A stretch of 64,000 nt of DNA from an uncultured Candidatus Saccharibacteria bacterium. Its GTDB lineage: Bacteria > Patescibacteriota > Doudnabacteria > UBA920 > O2-02-FULL-48-8. The DNA lies in NCBI GenBank assembly GCA_964605735.1, contig CAZSDS010000001.1:480126-544125 (forward strand). Direction: 5' to 3'. Shown piece after piece: positions 46,616 through 56,020 of the stretch (the stretch's first letter is position 1; every line of letters begins with the position of its first letter). A model generated the notes under the pieces. It did no database searches. It was not told where the DNA came from and worked only from the letters and a program-made list of their open reading frames with translations. The position numbers and the translations under genes were made by a program.

Positions 46616-46900
46616 TTAACCAAAGTATCCCGCACTAAACAGAGATAAAAATGCAAATATTGCTAATAAAACAACTATTGTCCAAAGCACATATCTTAGC
46701 AAGTTATTCTTACCAGTGTTTTGAATACCTGAAGAGAAAAATCCAATTATAGTAAGGGTTGGAATAAGCACAAAGGCTCCGAAAAATGCATAAGGCGAAA
46801 GTAATGAATGAACAATAAATTGAATTCGAGAACAAGTGCTAAGTACTAGAAGTCCATAAGTAGTTATTGGTGCATTTCCCTGAATAAGACGTAATTCCAA
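46616..46900 (-). CDS. small hydrophobic membrane protein; adjacent overlapping ORF 46839..47045 suggests a possible frameshifted single gene
   Basis: Two overlapping minus-strand ORFs, both hydrophobic, overlapping by ~60 nt in different frames. Confidence 0.35.
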   Translation of the reverse strand: MELRLIQGNAPITTYGLLVLSTCSRIQFIVHSLLSPYAFFGAFVLIPTLTIIGFFSSGIQNTGKNNLLRYVLWTIVVLLAIFAFLSLFSAGYFG

Positions 46901-47107
46901 TTACAACACATACAACTAACAATAGGACAAGATATGTCATAAAACCTTTTACAAAACCATCAAATAACCTGTTTTCTGAAGATGGTTTCTGGGAAACTGG
47001 ATTGTCTATGTTTGTTTCCATATATTTTTTCTTTAGCGTAAGCATATCACAGGCATAATTCTAGCGTCCACACACTTGAACAAAAAACACCAATAAACAT
47101 TGGTGTC

Positions 47108-47169
47108 CTTTGTTGGCTCCGAATCGTGGACGATATTAGAACGTACTATATGCAAATAGGTAGTGCGTC
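47108..47169 (-). repeat. conserved 3'-UTR element, copy c
   Basis: See copy a. Followed by the perfect hairpin caccaat-aaac-attggtg with an A-run and T-rich flank at ~47047-47100. Confidence 0.5.
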
Positions 47170-48477
47170 TTATTCTGGAATGCTTTGATCTTGTGAAGGA
47201 ATATCCTCCCATTCTCCTTTATCATTTTTTCTCCTATTCATAACTTCGGGAGGAAAACGGGTCCACTTACCTTTCTTACCTCTAACCATTCGTTTTATTA
47301 CAATGTGTCTAGCTTGATCAGAATCAAGAATGTTATTAGGTTCTGGCGCACTTTTTGCCTGTCGTTCAAACTCCCGAATTTTATTCATAAGTTCTTCGGA
47401 TGCTTTTGTCTTTGGAGGAGGTCCATCATTCAATTTTCTTTGTCTCCAATCTTTTGCCATGTATTTGTCCCATAAACCACAAATCATGAATGAACCATCT
47501 TGCGGCGGAAACATAGCAAAACTTGAAACGCCTTTTGCTTTGGTCTCATCAGATAACGCATTGTAATGTTGATCTAATGCTTTAAGGTCAGCTTTAAGAT
47601 CAGGGCCAGCAATGAAGGTTTGATCATCACGGACAAAATACGGGGCAACCTGCTGATGTAATTTATCACTCGAAGTAAATACCTTGCAGAATGGCAAGTA
47701 ATAAAGATAGGCCATGTCAATTTTATGGCTCTGTCGACCTCTTCCAATCAAATCAGAGGCAATGGCAAGATAAAAAAACATATCAACCGACAAAACATAA
47801 GCAAAGTAAGGCGCAAACTTTCTAATGGGTGGCGTTCCTAAATTTTTCCAGCGTTCTAATACAAGTTTTTGAGAATGAAAAGGAATACCAATTAGCCACA
47901 TTCCAAATACCAGCATGTGTTCTTTATTTGGTCCATCAATAAGTCCATCAGTTAAAGACTTAATCTCGCTTAAATTTTTAGGTTTGCCGGAGTTAAAAAA
48001 TTGCTGAAATAAAAGATATTTATCTTCAAGATTGATATTGGATAAAGCCGCTCGCCATCCTTTTGCGTGCAAGCGCTCAATTTCCATAAAATCTCCATCT
48101 TGCCATCTTTCAAAGGCTTCTTCCTCGGGCGACTGCTCAAACATAATTCCATAGCCTTCCTCTGTTTCTACATGCTTGCCACCACCGATTATTGGTCGAC
48201 CACTCATTTCAACATTCCCTTGGCCGGTCAATTCTCCGGCCAAAAGTGTCTGATGATGGACACCCGGCCGCGCACTCATATCAGGAGTTTTGTAAGCAAG
48301 GCTTCCTACAACTTCTTCTGGTTTTCGTCCAGACTTAATTTCTTTTTCCAGATCAGCAAGGGTCTCAATGAAAAATAATGGAGTAATGTTGCTATTGAAA
48401 AAATTATCAAGCCACATTGCTTCGTCAGGATTCAAACTTTGAAGAAATGATTTATCAAAAATTAGACTTGGACCCAT
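47170..48477 (-). CDS. hypothetical protein (435 aa), third gene of a tightly coupled three-gene operon
   Basis: Start is 1 nt after the upstream gene's stop. No recognisable motifs. Low-GC composition. Confidence 0.6.
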   Translation of the reverse strand: MGPSLIFDKSFLQSLNPDEAMWLDNFFNSNITPLFFIETLADLEKEIKSGRKPEEVVGSLAYKTPDMSARPGVHHQTLLAGELTGQGNVEMSGRPIIGGGKHVETEEGYGIMFEQSPEEEAFERWQDGDFMEIERLHAKGWRAALSNINLEDKYLLFQQFFNSGKPKNLSEIKSLTDGLIDGPNKEHMLVFGMWLIGIPFHSQKLVLERWKNLGTPPIRKFAPYFAYVLSVDMFFYLAIASDLIGRGRQSHKIDMAYLYYLPFCKVFTSSDKLHQQVAPYFVRDDQTFIAGPDLKADLKALDQHYNALSDETKAKGVSSFAMFPPQDGSFMICGLWDKYMAKDWRQRKLNDGPPPKTKASEELMNKIREFERQAKSAPEPNNILDSDQARHIVIKRMVRGKKGKWTRFPPEVMNRRKNDKGEWEDIPSQDQSIPE

Positions 48478-48478
48478 A

Positions 48479-49228
48479 TCACGGGATCTCCTTTTGCAGA
48501 TATCTGCTTAAAATACGTTTTCCATGTTCTTCCGGAATATGTATAACTCGCAATTCCCCGGATTCACTAATTGCTGCCTCTATGACCCACGGACGCATGG
48601 AAGAAGTTAACGGAGATATTACAAAGATGTAAAGCATTCCGCTAATTAGGAAATTATATCCAATAACGCCGGATTCCATTCTGATTTTTTTAGGTTCTGA
48701 AATTAGCTCCTTGGGCAATGAAGCGTGTTTAGTATAACTGTTGATTATACAAGGAAAAAGATCACTTGGTCCGGGATCCTCTTCCACCAACATTTTACGA
48801 ACTACTTCTTCGTATTTTCCAAGTGATACTAAACCAAAGAATGGTCGTTTTGAAATACTTGCCCTCCATAGTATGGACAATAGAAACAGTTTGAACTTTT
48901 TGTAATCAATTCCAGTCGCAAATGTAAACTCTACTCCATGTTGATTCTTTTGATTCTCAAATCTGATATTGACGCCTTTTGGGAGTTTCCCACCGTAGAG
49001 AATAAGTCTTCCATAGGTTTCGAACTTACTTAATTTCGCCTCACAATCCCTGCAGAGAATCCCAGCTTCGAATTCGCCTGTATGAAGTTTCCTCTCCTTA
49101 TCCCAATCATCCGATTTGAATCTAATTAAGCTATGGTTTTCATCGAAAATATCAGAATACATAAAATCAGGAATGATATGGGACTTGTTAACTAATTGTT
49201 TATCGCAAAGACAAAGTTTACAAATCAT
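48479..49228 (-). CDS. HNH-like nuclease-motif protein (249 aa), second gene of the three-gene operon
   Basis: N-terminus CKLCLCDKQLVNKSHIIPDF...DENH...CRDCEAKL has a Cys pair, His, Asn/His and a second Cys pair arranged like an HNH/zinc-finger nuclease motif. Start overlaps the upstream gene stop by 4 nt. Confidence 0.55.
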   Translation of the reverse strand: MICKLCLCDKQLVNKSHIIPDFMYSDIFDENHSLIRFKSDDWDKERKLHTGEFEAGILCRDCEAKLSKFETYGRLILYGGKLPKGVNIRFENQKNQHGVEFTFATGIDYKKFKLFLLSILWRASISKRPFFGLVSLGKYEEVVRKMLVEEDPGPSDLFPCIINSYTKHASLPKELISEPKKIRMESGVIGYNFLISGMLYIFVISPLTSSMRPWVIEAAISESGELRVIHIPEEHGKRILSRYLQKEIP

Positions 49229-50844
49229 AATAATCGCTCCTGTTCTTCTGACATCGGGACTTGCAGATCGTCTTTGTAGAATTCCTTAAATTTTTTATCC
49301 AAGAAGTTCGGAGAGGGTTTTAGGTTATTCTCCTTAAACGCTTTTGATATTTCAGCAGATACTCCGGAAGCCGGATTTTGATTTGCCCTTTTTGCTACTT
49401 CGTCAATCTCGATATAGTCTTTGACGTAGTAGTAGTTTTCTAATTCTTCCACGGAAAATAAAGTATATTCAAAGTCTTTAATCCCTGGACATTTGCTATC
49501 CATGCCTTCTAAGGCTTTTTTGATATCTTCTTGGTAGATAGTGGTTGAAACAAGCGGGATATCATAGAAAATACCTACGCAAGTTAGCTTCTTTTTTTCA
49601 AAGCCTTTTAGTTCCGGATATTTGCCAACATCCGAACACCTATCATACATTTGTTTGATAGTTTTTGTTATTTTTTCAAAAACTTCTTTCCTAATTAAAT
49701 CAGGATCTCCTGTTTGCAATGTGCCTAATGGGAACTGATAACCTTTCGCTTCAAAGAGTAAAATATTTTCATCTTTATGAACTATCCAGTCAAAAAAAGT
49801 CTTCTTATCTTTTTTTGTGCCATAAGGGATACCACGCATAACAGCACTTTCTCCATACATGTCCTTCAATACCATCCCAACATACTCTTCAAACAATAAA
49901 CCGAAGTAATCACGGAATGTTTTTCCAATTGCATTTTCGAAGATCCAATACAAGCCCCTAAATGCGCCTTTAACATAAGCGCTAATGCTCGGTGCGATAT
50001 AATCATTTACGCCCAGTTTTACAATTGGTTTTTCCCATAATGGGTTATATCGATTCTTGGTGTATTCAGGTTGTAATTTTGCATTATATTTCTGATCGAG
50101 ATTGCGTAGTTCTTCTGGACTCCCAGCAAGCAGCGCTAAGATCGCATTTACTTTTTCGTCAGTAAGAACTTCGGCTAAACCTCCTTGGATAGTTGATCCG
50201 GTAAACTTACCCATATTGAATCTTGGCGAATTCATAATCGCCGCAAAAATAGCGAACGATAATTTAACGTATTCTTGTATGCTCATACCAAATTTTTCAA
50301 AAAGGATTTTGTCCAAATTGATTTGACTGTTTATGTTAATTTGGGCTGACTGAAAAATAAGCAACTGTCGCGTAAAAGCATCTTTGATATCTTGCTGACT
50401 ACTAAACTGCTGGTATGTCATAGGGACCAGTAAAGCTGCTATCCCTTTTTTGTTTATTGGTTGGACAAGGGTGCTGAAATAGATATTAAATAATGCTAAG
50501 ACATCATCCTTATTTTTTATGCTTAAACTTTTATGGTTATTGGAGCCAGAAATGAGTAATATATTGCTAATGTATTCAATTGCGAAATCAGTAAGAAATA
50601 AGCCGGTAAGTTTGTGGATTGCAAAGCCAACCTTTTCTTTTTTAATGGCAGAATTTTCATGAAAATTATTATCAAAAAGTTTGTTTGAAATATCCCCTAA
50701 AATTGATAGCGCCTCGTCCAGCTTGTACCCTTTCAAGGCATTACAAAACTCCTCCTGAGATACTGTCAGTTCGGGCTTGTTGCATAACGCTGATAGTCTT
50801 GGTTCAGCTTCCAGAATGTATTTACCTTGTTGATCCCTGAACAT
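49225..50844 (-). CDS. hypothetical protein (539 aa), first gene of the three-gene operon; C-terminal region contains a possible PD-(D/E)xK-like motif
   Basis: FDWIVHKDENILLFEAKGYQF has D...E-x-K spacing reminiscent of a restriction-endonuclease-fold core. No P-loop found. Very AT-rich relative to flanks. Confidence 0.55.
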   Translation of the reverse strand: MFRDQQGKYILEAEPRLSALCNKPELTVSQEEFCNALKGYKLDEALSILGDISNKLFDNNFHENSAIKKEKVGFAIHKLTGLFLTDFAIEYISNILLISGSNNHKSLSIKNKDDVLALFNIYFSTLVQPINKKGIAALLVPMTYQQFSSQQDIKDAFTRQLLIFQSAQININSQINLDKILFEKFGMSIQEYVKLSFAIFAAIMNSPRFNMGKFTGSTIQGGLAEVLTDEKVNAILALLAGSPEELRNLDQKYNAKLQPEYTKNRYNPLWEKPIVKLGVNDYIAPSISAYVKGAFRGLYWIFENAIGKTFRDYFGLLFEEYVGMVLKDMYGESAVMRGIPYGTKKDKKTFFDWIVHKDENILLFEAKGYQFPLGTLQTGDPDLIRKEVFEKITKTIKQMYDRCSDVGKYPELKGFEKKKLTCVGIFYDIPLVSTTIYQEDIKKALEGMDSKCPGIKDFEYTLFSVEELENYYYVKDYIEIDEVAKRANQNPASGVSAEISKAFKENNLKPSPNFLDKKFKEFYKDDLQVPMSEEQERLL

Positions 50845-50944
50845 AAAATTAACGTTTATTCCTTATATTTTAGCATTTTGCAGCACTTAATTAAATCAGC
50901 TATAACTGTTATAATTTACTCACAATTCATAGTAGCCTAAACCG

Positions 50945-51080
50945 AACAGAAATGGTCGGCATGGCGAAAAAAGTCCCATGGAAGATACTGAACCCTACGT
51001 TCAGCGCTCTTCCATGGGCCATGCCGGGAAACTGGCATGGGGACCGCAAGGTCCCGGCTGGCGTGGGGCTTTGTGTTTTA
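50945..51080 (+). other. GC-rich structured element (two or more stable hairpins) upstream of a 48-codon membrane-peptide ORF
   Basis: Read directly: ccatggaaga...tcttccatgg (10-bp stem) and gggacc-gcaa-ggtccc hairpins. No ORF with a plausible start. Confidence 0.3.
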
Positions 51081-51104
51081 CGCCGGCAGAAAGGATAAAA
51101 ACCC

Positions 51105-51251
51105 ATGGATATCATTTGGGGAATCATAGTTCCGGTGTTGATAGGACTTATCGCTTACGGCCTCACCAAAGGCCTAAAATGGCTCGCTGGGCGATCAAAG
51201 ATCTTCAAAAAGGTAATTGATCTGGCTGAAAGACCGATTGGGAAAAAATAG
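51105..51251 (+). CDS. 48-aa hydrophobic peptide (single TM; holin/type-I-toxin-like)
   Basis: aaggataaaaaccc precedes the ATG. Translation MDIIWGIIVPVLIGLIAYGLTKGLKWLAGRSKIFKKVIDLAERPIGKK. Below the size cut-off of the ORF track. Confidence 0.35.
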   Translation: MDIIWGIIVPVLIGLIAYGLTKGLKWLAGRSKIFKKVIDLAERPIGKK

Positions 51252-51453
51252 GTGCACATCCGTTCATCTTGACGGCAAAAAGATAAACATTTACGATTAA
51301 TCTAACAATTGAAAAAGTCTTGTTTAGTTATTAGGAATTGATTGCTGTCAGCAATCGGGACAAAAGCCCTTACCCAATGACTACGTTCAAAAATGACTCA
51401 ACTGGTATAACAGTTGGCTAAACAAGTATCTTGAATAAAGATCGGCACAAAAG

Positions 51454-51510
51454 CCCATAAATTTGAGAATTACAATTTGTAATTCTGAGGTTTATGGGTT
51501 TTTTGGTTTT
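51454..51510 (+). terminator. 45-bp imperfect palindrome followed by TTTTTTGGTTTTTT (strong terminator, or candidate recombinase att/operator site)
   Basis: cccataaatttgagaattacaa|tttgtaattctgaggtttatggg then a T-run. Confidence 0.45.
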
Positions 51511-51524
51511 TTAACCTAAAATTT

Positions 51525-51818
51525 ATGCCCGGAGAAACATCAAAACTTAATGGAATGAAAGGTGGCCGGCCAAGCGGTAGCAAGGCAGCTCACACTCTTG
51601 AAGCGCAGACTCTTAGGCAATATCTAATAAGCCGAACGATTGAAGAGCATAAGCCCTTAGTTGAGGCTTTGATCCGGAAAGCAAAACGCGGAGATTTGGG
51701 TTCAATTAAAGAGGTTTTCGAAAGGGTGCTGGGCAAGGAGAAAGATCCAACCACACCGAAGATTATTGTCCAAACGCTTCAAAGAAGCATAGAGGAAGAC
51801 AGAGAAAAATACGCTTAA
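51525..51818 (+). CDS. hypothetical basic protein (97 aa) within the integrated element
   Basis: ORF. No SD, and it starts directly after the terminator-like palindrome. Confidence 0.4.
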   Translation: MPGETSKLNGMKGGRPSGSKAAHTLEAQTLRQYLISRTIEEHKPLVEALIRKAKRGDLGSIKEVFERVLGKEKDPTTPKIIVQTLQRSIEEDREKYA

Positions 51819-52310
51819 TTATATTCCCGAGGCACAAAAGTCCGTTATGGACTGGGTAGAACCAACGCCTCGGGACTACTCAGCCCTTAATGGATTTTTA
51901 TGTTATTGACCGAAGAAGCATTAAAAGAATTTGAAGAAATTTGGCATAAAGAAAACCCTGATCGCCTAATTTCTCCGGAAGAACTCTCAGTACTTGCTGA
52001 ACGAGTTTTGAATGCTTTTAAGGTTATTCTGTCGAAATAATGACTATACAGGTTTGATGCGATATTCGCGCTAAACCTGTGGAGTTATTCCATAGTCGCA
52101 AGGGGCATACATGTAGTGCTGCAAAGACGACTTAAAAGATCTTGGCAAAGATTTACATGCTTCCGTATCCGCCACCTCGATATACTGTCTTCACATCAGA
52201 ACCTCAATGGAAACCTCATGCGCGAGCGCATAGGAAACATTAGGGGAAGAACAGGTAGAGAGGGAGAGGAAGGGAAGGGGTTGGGGTTAAGAGTTAATCC
52301 GGGGAGCGCT

Positions 52311-52484
52311 ATGTCGACAAATTTACAAAAGAGAGAAACGAAGCAAATTAGAATAGAAATCGGACTTCATCGTTCACTTAAAATAGCATCGGCTCAAAAC
52401 GGCAAAACAATGTCCAAGCTGCTTGATGAAATCTGTGAACAGTATTTTAAGCATGAAAACCTTAAACATGATAAAATTAAATAA
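52311..52484 (+). CDS. ribbon-helix-helix (Arc/MetJ/CopG-like) DNA-binding protein
   Basis: Internal Met start preceded by a purine/G-rich tract. KQIRIEIGLHRSLKIASAQNGKTMSKLLDEICEQYF is an RHH beta-strand plus two helices pattern. The ORF-track entry 52116..52484 probably over-extends it. Confidence 0.55.
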   Translation: MSTNLQKRETKQIRIEIGLHRSLKIASAQNGKTMSKLLDEICEQYFKHENLKHDKIK

Positions 52485-52494
52485 ATAAAGACCC

Positions 52495-54251
<1,757 letters not shown>

Positions 54252-54261
<10 letters not shown>

Positions 54262-54494
54262 ACAATTGATTTCAAAAACTCTTTGCCGTATCCACTCTTG
54301 AGCCGTTTTTCATGAATACGGGCCTCGGCTCTGGTTTTATACACTTCTGTATAAAACAAGGTCCAGGGTCTATATCCTTTCGTTGAAAAAACTTGGCCTA
54401 GGTTATGTTCTCGCAATCTACGACCTACATTGGTAGTCATACCAACATAAATTCTTCCATGTGCTTCGCTTTTTAGAGCATAGACTATGTACAT
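54252..54494 (-). CDS. GIY-YIG nuclease-superfamily small protein (80 aa)
   Basis: MYIVYALKSEAHGRIYVGMTTNVGRRLREHN is the GIY-YIG motif. Stop is 1 nt from the tRNA-Asn 5' end. A TATAAT box lies 9 nt upstream of the ATG. Confidence 0.8.
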
Positions 54495-54510
54495 AAGAGA
54501 TTATTATACA

Positions 54511-54590
54511 CTAGTCACTTGCTCCCTGCCTACCGGCAGGCAGGTACCGCTGAGCTATCTACCTGCCGGCAGACAGGCGCCCGAACGATT
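54511..54590 (-). pseudogene. degenerate copy of the tRNA-Asn 5' half interrupted by two ~20-nt GC-rich near-palindromes
   Basis: Reverse complement: GTTCGGGCG-[CCTGTCTGCCGGCAGGTAGA]-TAGCTCAGCGGTA-[CCTGCCTGCCGGTAGGCAGG]-GAGCAAGTGACTAG. Outside the brackets it is identical to tRNA-Asn positions 1-33. No anticodon loop or 3' half follows. Confidence 0.5.
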
Positions 54591-54668
54591 ATTTACGAGC
54601 CATATTCACTGCCAGATTAGCATCTGACAACAGACAAATATTAACAAATATTTGCCGATTTATCAAGG

Positions 54669-54689
54669 GCCCGCTTTTAGCGGGCCCTG
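54669..54689 (-). terminator. hairpin downstream of rpoD
   Basis: gggcccgc-tttta-gcgggccc. The T-run on the transcribed strand is weak. Confidence 0.35.
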
Positions 54690-54697
54690 ACCAGTCC

Positions 54698-55981
54698 TTA
54701 GTAATCTCTCAATTTGCTGATATTGTAGTGTTCTTTGATTTTTTCCAAGGCCTTGGCTTCAATCTGTCGGATACGTTCCCTGGTAACCCCGAACTCCTTG
54801 CCGACTTCTTCCAAGGTGTGTGTTACGCCATCTTCCAAACCAAATCGCATCTTCAAAATTTTCTGCTCACGAGGATCAAGATCCTGCATAATCCCCTGGA
54901 CATATTCGCGCAGCAATTGTCTCCCCGCAGTTTCAGAAGGAGTTACAGAATCCTGGTCTTCAATGAAGTCACCAAGGTAAGAATCTTCTTCATCCCTGTC
55001 CCCAACCGGCGTATCAATGGACACGGTTTCCTGGGAGATTTTCTTCAACTGGTAAACTTTCTCAACCTCAATCCCCATCTCAGCGGCAATTTCTTCCGGT
55101 AATGGTTCGCGTCCCAAATCCTGCACCAATTGGCGTTCAGCCTGCGCATACTTGTTCAAAGTTTCAACCATGTGCACCGGAATACGGATGGTTCGGGACT
55201 GGTCAGCCAAAGCTCGGGTAATCGCTTGCCTGATCCACCAGGTTGCGTAAGTGGAAAACTTAAAGCCTTTGCGCCAGTCGAATTTTTCTACCGCACGGAA
55301 CAAACCCAGGTTTCCTTCTTGAATCAAGTCCAGAAGACCTAAGTTTCGTCCCATATACTTCTTAGCAATGGACACAACCAGACGAAGGTTCGCTTCAATC
55401 AGCCTTTTGCGAGCAGTGACATCTCCCTTAACTATGCGCTTTGCAAGTTCAATTTCTTCAGCACCTTTAAGAAGCGGCGTCTTACCAATCTCACGCAAAT
55501 ACATCTGAATAGAGTCGTCGTAAATATCACCCAAGTCATAAGACTCGGCAATCTGTTCCTCTTTCTTGGTCTTCACGCGCGCTGATTCCTGCGCCTGCTG
55601 CCAAACCGAAGCCATTTCCGCTTCCACCACTTCCAAACCTTTTGCATCAAGCTGGTCCAGCAACTGCTCCAAAGCCGGAATATCTTCCTCCAGCTCAGGC
55701 ATTGCGTGCAGAATTTCAGACTCAGTCAAAAAGCCGCGGGCAACCCCCCGGTCAACCAGGGACTTTATCACCTGTTCGCGGTCCTTTCTTTCCTTTGGCG
55801 CTTCCTTGACGGAACTATGGAGCGCTTTGGATGCTGCCTTGCTTGCAGATTTTGATTTATGTGCAGACTTGCTGGCCGTCTTCTTGCTGTTTTTCTTCTG
55901 AACCGGCTTTTTGCCTGCTGGCTTTTTTTGTTTTTTACCGCTCTTGGCGGACTTCTTATTAGCCATTAAAATTATCCTCAA
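54698..55981 (-). CDS. rpoD: RNA polymerase sigma factor, sigma-70 (RpoD)
   Basis: Regions 2-4 are conserved: [40 protein letters not shown], region 4 [27 protein letters not shown]. Basic/Ala-Lys-rich N-terminus. Confidence 0.9.
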   Translation of the reverse strand: MRIILMANKKSAKSGKKQKKPAGKKPVQKKNSKKTASKSAHKSKSASKAASKALHSSVKEAPKERKDREQVIKSLVDRGVARGFLTESEILHAMPELEEDIPALEQLLDQLDAKGLEVVEAEMASVWQQAQESARVKTKKEEQIAESYDLGDIYDDSIQMYLREIGKTPLLKGAEEIELAKRIVKGDVTARKRLIEANLRLVVSIAKKYMGRNLGLLDLIQEGNLGLFRAVEKFDWRKGFKFSTYATWWIRQAITRALADQSRTIRIPVHMVETLNKYAQAERQLVQDLGREPLPEEIAAEMGIEVEKVYQLKKISQETVSIDTPVGDRDEEDSYLGDFIEDQDSVTPSETAGRQLLREYVQGIMQDLDPREQKILKMRFGLEDGVTHTLEEVGKEFGVTRERIRQIEAKALEKIKEHYNISKLRDY

Positions 55982-56020
55982 TTAAATGATTGATGAAATA
56001 CGAACCAGCCAGTGACAAAA

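Noticed and set aside
41868-47169. The three conserved elements as tRNA genes or tRNA pseudogenes
   Set aside because: They share only a ~9-12-nt 3'-end-like core with tRNA-Asn. No D or anticodon arms or cloverleaf can be drawn.
52116-52484. 122-aa version of the RHH gene
   Set aside because: The N-terminal 65 residues are low-complexity and are encoded by the purine-rich leader. The conserved RHH fold starts at the internal Met (52311).
54511-54590. Second functional tRNA-Asn gene or intron-containing tRNA
   Set aside because: Only the 5' 33 nt are present, plus two insertions. There is no anticodon loop, T arm or 3' acceptor strand downstream.
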